Shown piece by piece: positions 58,830 through 64,000 of a stretch of 64,000 nt of DNA (positions are counted from its first letter, which is position 1; each line of letters begins with the position of its first letter). A model generated the notes under the pieces. The model was not told the origin of the DNA and ran no database searches. It was given only the letters and a program-made list of their open reading frames with translations. The DNA is taken from NCBI GenBank assembly GCA_030390025.1, contig CM059425.1:168766001-168830000 (forward strand), read 5' to 3'. This DNA comes from Squalus acanthias (lineage: Eukaryota). Made by a program: the position numbers and the translations under genes.

Positions 58830-59352
58830 AATTAATTATGTTTGTCTCCTCTACTGTATTTGCTGACTATAATAATGTACTGCAGCAACTCACCAAGGCT
58901 TCTTCGACAGCACTTCCCAAACCTGCGACCTCTACCACCTAGAAGGACAAGGGCAGCAGATGCATGGGAACACCACCACCTCCAAGTTCCCCTCCGAGTC
59001 ACACACCTTCCTGACTTGGAAATATATTGCCATTCCTTCATAGTCGCTGGGTCAAAATCCTGGAACTCCCTCCTTAACAACACTGTGGGAGTACCTTCAC
59101 CACACGGACTGCAGCGGTTCAAGAAGGCAGCTCATCACCACCTTCTCGAGGGCAGTTAGGGGTGGGTAATAAATGTTGGCCTTGCCAGTGATGCTCACAT
59201 CCTATGAATGAATCATAAAAATTACAACTACAGTTGTCAAATACAGTACAAGAGCAGAAGACAGCAAAGAAAACTGCTTTCAGTCTGAGAAAGAGGTGCA
59301 AGACAGGTCGGGAATGTGTCAGGCTATTGTCTCTGATTGTCTTAATGGTGAG

Positions 59353-59667
59353 AAGTCGCACAACACCAGGTTATAGTCCAACAGCTTTATTTGAAATCAC
59401 AAGCTTTCGGAGCGCTGCTCCTTCGTCAGGTGAAGTGAAGAAATACATATGGGCACAGCATAAATAGTCAGAGAACAATGCCAGACGACTGTTGTCTGGC
59501 ATTGTTCTCTGACTATGCTGTGCCCATATGTATTTCTTCACTTCACCTGACGAAGGAGCAGCGCTCCGAAAGCTTGTGATTTCAAATAAAGCTGTTGGAC
59601 TATAACCTGGTGTTGTGCGACTTCTCACTTTTGTCCACCCCAGTCCAACACCGGCATCTCCGCATCA
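59353..59667. mobile_element. Penelope-like terminal-repeat fold-back insertion (second family)
   Basis: About 140-bp near-perfect inverted repeat (59348-59487 vs 59495-59628); 15-bp TSD TGTCTTAATGGTGAG at 59338-52 and 59668-82. Confidence 0.85.
59543..59579 (+). ncRNA. Minimal type-I hammerhead ribozyme motif (mirror copy 59397-59433 on - strand)
   Basis: tcac-CTGACGA-a-ggagc-agc-gctcc-GAAA-gctt-gtga: perfect 4-bp stem I, 5-bp stem II, palindromic AAGCTT. Confidence 0.78.
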
Positions 59668-59959
59668 TGTCTTAATGGTGAGCAATCTTGATTGCAACAG
59701 TAAAGCAAACATGGTGAGTTCCCAAATCCTTCTGTGCTGGATCCCATGGAGCCTCCGGAGAACTGTTCTCCCTTCACTGCTGTTTGAAAACTTCCGTAAA
59801 CGTCTCAAGCACCATCTTATCTAACAACCACTCTGTCAACTCACATAGCCTGGTGCAAGAGCTTCTGCTAGTCTTCAAGGACACTTTATTTATAGGAACA
59901 ATGCACCTGCTCCTCTCGTCATCAAGTGATGCATACAATTATATGGGACAAGTGTTCAT

Positions 59960-61100
59960 GCCTCTTACATATCTTTAACATTCACTTCTCTCCCTCCAAA
60001 CAAAAAGCTTGCCCATAACCATTGCATGAGAAATACAACCATGGAAAAGTGCCATCACTGAAAACTCAGAGTCTGCAGGAGGAAGCCTTAGACAGCATAG
60101 GCAAAGACAGGAGAGTCTGTGGGAGACGGCAACAGAAGGTTGGCAAAAACTGGACAAGGCTCATCCTACGTAGTTTCAGCTTCATGTGCTTTCTCAAAAA
60201 ATATTTCGCTAAGCCAGAATTATCCAGGCACCTAAAGGACTTATGAATGCCCATACTTTGCTCTATCACACTTCTTGTAGTGACATGGGCCTTGTTACAT
60301 TTTTTGTTCCCCTCTGTCTGGGAAAGCCTACTGAGCCATAAGTGTAGGGGATAGCTCTGATCACTAATCAACCTTACTGAAAGATTTCTCTGAGTCATGA
60401 GGGCTGGTGTAATGAATTGGCACAGGACAAAAGCATCTTGATGGTTTCCTTGATATATGGCATTGACATGCAGGATAGGGTATTTGGCATTGCACACTGG
60501 ATGCACATCAATTGAATGAAAGCATTTTCTGTCCATAAAATTGAGGGGATTGATGTATGGGGCTTTGAGAGCCACAATGCATTCTGTCAATTGCATTCCT
60601 TGCACCTGTGGAAACCCTACTAGTTGTAGAATTGATAGCTCTCGCTCTCTGCTTCCATTGGGAAGAATATGAATTGTGCAGCCCTGCTGAATAGAGTATC
60701 ATTGACCTTCTTGATGCAATGATGAGCTTCTGCCTAAGTAATGTGGCAAAGGCCACCTGATGTTGCCTGGAAGGATCCAGACGCAAAGCAATTCAAAGCA
60801 AAGGTGACCTTGGCTGATGCAAACAATGCTATTCTCCTGATGGAAATGGGCTGCAGGTCTTCAGCCAACAGTTGACATGTTTCCCCAAAAGCCTCCAGGG
60901 AGATGCTTAACCTCTGTGACACTGACATTCAGAAAAGTTTAAGACCTTCTGTCTCAGTCTAAGTACACCCTGGTAAGTGGGTATGTGTGTGTAGGAAAGG
61001 AACACTTTCTATGGTGCCTCACTCCATGAGCCTCCAATTTAACCTTTTTAATTACCTCCTCCTCTTCACAGCATAAGAATAAAGGAATTGCTGTTGGGAA
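59960..61100 (-). pseudogene. Decayed Harbinger (HARBI1-like) transposase
   Basis: KVTFALNCFASGSFQ; RKCFHSIDV...HQDAFVL...DQSYPL...NKAHVTTRSVIEQSMG...FRCLD. Confidence 0.82.
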
Positions 61101-61167
61101 ATCAATATCCCCAATGGAGAGCAATACTTTGAGCAGAGCGGAGTGAATGAATCTCCAAAGTATTAAT

Positions 61168-61474
61168 CAACAACAACAACAACTTGCATTTATATAGTGC
61201 ATTTAACGTAGTAAAATGCCCCAAGGCACTTCTTAGGACCATTATCAAACAGAATTTGATACCGAGCCACGTAAGGAGATATTAGGACAGATGAGGTAGG
61301 TTTTAAGGAGCATCTTAAAAGGAGAGAGAGGTAGAGTGGCAGAGAGGTTTTAGGGAGGGAATTCCAGAGGTTAGGGCTTAGGCAGCTGAAGGAACAGCAG
61401 CCAATGGTGGAGCAATTAAAATCGAGGATGTGCAAGAGGCCAGAATTGGAGGAGCACAGTGTCCTTGGAGGGTC
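61168..61474 (-). mobile_element. L2 3' end with (AAC)n tail
   Basis: SFSCLSPNLWNSLP; reverse-complement similarity to 51400-51688. Confidence 0.82.
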
Positions 61475-64000
61475 TACTGTTTTTCCAGCTCTGCTGGCTT
61501 CTAGCTAGCAGCTGCTGCTTCACTTGCTGTCCGGTGACTCGTTCTATTGGTTTTCAGCTTTGCTGGTCACTGGCTTGTGGTTTCACTTTTTCTCCGCCGC
61601 TTTGATCTACGGTGACCTCCAACTTGCGTCAATTTAGCCATCATCTTTCTGCACCGCTACCGACTCTCATTCCTACAGCAACAACCTCCATCCTCGAACT
61701 CTCTACCCTTCAAATAGCTTCTGGACTTCACTCGCCTGCCTTGGACAGCGGTTCATCGATGCTCCGTTCCGGCCCCATCTTGCTCACGTCGGCTTTGTCC
61801 TTCCATGGGACCTCTGACTTTGACTATTATTCCCAACCTATTCCCTGCTACCAGGAAATATGTATCCCATTAATTACTACATTTAACCAGGCCTATGTAA
61901 CCTGAGCATTTCCCGTGTCCATTCACGTGCGCACTTTGGCTGCCACTACGGACCCGAGCCATTTAATACTTTTCCACTTTTTCTCATGCCTCCTTCATTA
62001 CTCTTCGACCTTCCTACTCTCCTGCTGCCGTCCCAGGCTTGACTCCCTCTTAGAAAAGCCCACAGCTTCCCTCTGTGCCTCTCTTGGCATCCTACGAAGG
62101 GCCCATCGAGGCACTCGTCGCTGCCGCCTTACAAGCAGCAACCCCAACTGTCCCATCCTACTTTCTCGCTGACCTTCCCGCCCAGCACGCCCACTGGGGA
62201 CAAATCTTGCCAATCTCCTCCCCATCCTACTCGCCCCTCCCAGCGCTGACCCTGTGGACGCTGGCAGCGGGTTAGCCATCACCGACCCTCTCTGTATCTC
62301 CCTCCAGAATGTCCGTTCACTTGCGAACAAGGCCCTTGCCATCCATGAGCTTATCGTGGATGACTGCATCGACATCATGGCCCTGATGGAAACTTGGTTG
62401 AGGGGTGATGACACCTTACCCTTAAATGAAGCCTCCCCGCCTGGCTATACCTTCCACCACTTGCCCCGCTCAGACCGCCGTGGTGGCGGTGTGGCTCTCA
62501 TCACCAAATCACACCTTGGTCTGTCCCCTACTCCTCCGGCACTTTCTCCTCCTTTGAGCATCTCACCTTATTCCACCTCTCACCTCTCATTTAAAATTCT
62601 CGTTCTCTACTGCCCACCCAAGTACCATAAAAATTTTATTACTGAGATATCTTCACTGCTTTCCTCCTTCAGCCGCTGCACCGAGCGACTTCTCATCCTC
62701 GGTGATTTCAACCTCCATCTCAATTCATCATGCTCTCTCTCCTCTGAGTTCACTACCCTCATATCCTCCCTTAATCTCTCCCTCCATGTAAACTCCCCAA
62801 CCCATATTCACCGTCACCCCCTCGACCTTGCCATCTCTCGTGGCCTCGCTACTCCCATCATGTCAATCACAGATAAGGCCATCTCTGACCACTTCCTCGT
62901 ATCACTCTCCACCCACATCCCCCTTTCACCGACACCCCGCAACCCTACTTCCTTCTGTGTCCGCCCCTGGAAAAAACTCTCTCCCAACTCTCTTACAACT
63001 GCACTTATGGATACCCAACTGTCCAGCCTTTGGCCCTCCATTCACCACAACATTTCTGCAGCTACCGATCTGCTCAACCACACCCTCACCACCACCTTTG
63101 ATGCCCTAGGCCCTATTAAAACAATTACTCTCTCTCACCCTGGCCGTTCCCCCTGGTACGGCCCTCATCTTCGCTCCCTTAAGCCCAAGGGACGCAGACT
63201 TGAACGGATAAGGCAGACAACTGGTTTAGCCATTCACCGCCAGATCTGGCTGGACCACATAAAGCATTATTGGGTCCTGCTCTCGTCTGCCAAAATTGCT
63301 CACTATTCTAGAATCATTCTGGAATGCAAAGATAAACCCCGGTTTTGATTCTCCACTGCTAACCGTCTTCTTAAACCCCTCTCCCCTTTCTCCTCCACCC
63401 TCACCTCCGACAACAAGTGTGAGGAGCTCATGGACTTCTTTGTCTCTAAGATTGAGACCATCCATTCAGCAGCCTCTGCCACTTCCCTTCCTTCCCCTAG
63501 CCCACCGGGCCAAACTTCCTCTAAGGTTCCCCCGTGCGAACTCACATTTTTCTCCAGTTTCTCACCGATCTCCCCTCATGACCTCTCGGCGCTCATCTTG
63601 TCCATGAGACCCAATTCCTGCTCCCTCGACCCTATTCCCACCAAACTGCTGACCACCCAACTTCCTTTTCTGGCTCCCATGTTAGCTGACATTGTTAATG
63701 GTTCTCTCTCCTCAGGTACTGTCCCCCTCTCCCTCAAATCTGCCGTCATCACCCCTCACCTCAAAAAACCAACCCTTGACCCCTCTGTCCTTGCAAACTA
63801 TCGCCCCATCTCCAACCTCCCTTTCCTCTCCAAAGTCCTTGAACGTGTTGTCGCCTCCAAAATCCGTGCCCATCTTTCCCGCAACTCCATGTTTGAATTC
63901 CTCCAATCAGGTTTCCGCCCCTGCCACAGTACCGAAACGGCTCTCATCAAAGTCACATCCTTTGTGACAAAGGTAAAAACTATCCCTCCTCGTCCTTCTT
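61475..64000 (+). mobile_element. L2-type LINE, 5' region with APE endonuclease ORF (62254-63348) and start of RT; continues past the window edge
   Basis: LQNVRSL, ETWL, RGGGVAL, ILGDFNLH, LDL, SDHF, PW; downstream LDPIPT, NYRPISNLPFLSKVLE and QSGFRP in a shifted frame. Confidence 0.92.

Noticed and set aside
51871..58832. MITE flanks with a mismatched central base (ATT/ACT, ATT/AAT; also ATA/AGA at 7788/8992)
   Set aside because: Too few cases, TIR boundaries are ambiguous (a TTA TSD also fits 58065-58831), and ordinary decay explains it.
60066..60928. HARBI1 host gene
   Set aside because: Multiple frameshifts and decayed catalytic motifs mark it as a transposon fossil.

Overview
Eukaryotic, repeat-rich vertebrate DNA. 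The CR1, L2, Deu-SINE, Penelope and Harbinger content points to a cartilaginous fish (inference). The + strand carries the last ten coding exons of PAM (peptidylglycine alpha-amidating monooxygenase), 3473-39069. They encode the PAL lyase domain, transmembrane segment and cytosolic tail, all with GT-AG boundaries and consistent phases, and are followed by a 3' UTR with AATAAA at 39744. The most unusual object is a 6.25-kb LTR element in a PAM intron (15379-21629, - strand). Its two 542-bp LTRs differ at one base and it has a tRNA-Ser-type PBS. Its interior is a deleted mosaic: gag N-terminus, RT pieces lacking the YxDD region, an env-like TM fragment placed before integrase, an integrase core, and a second unrelated env-like fragment. 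Also notable are three fold-back Penelope-like insertions with 14-15-bp target-site duplications, two of which carry paired minimal hammerhead-ribozyme motifs. An LF-SINE-like relic lies between two skippable PAM exons, and a CpG-rich promoter-like region with ZNF143-type motifs near 53 kb abuts a purine-rich minisatellite. Repeat boundaries are approximate unless a TSD or TIR is quoted. No database searches were run, so family names come from recognised motifs.
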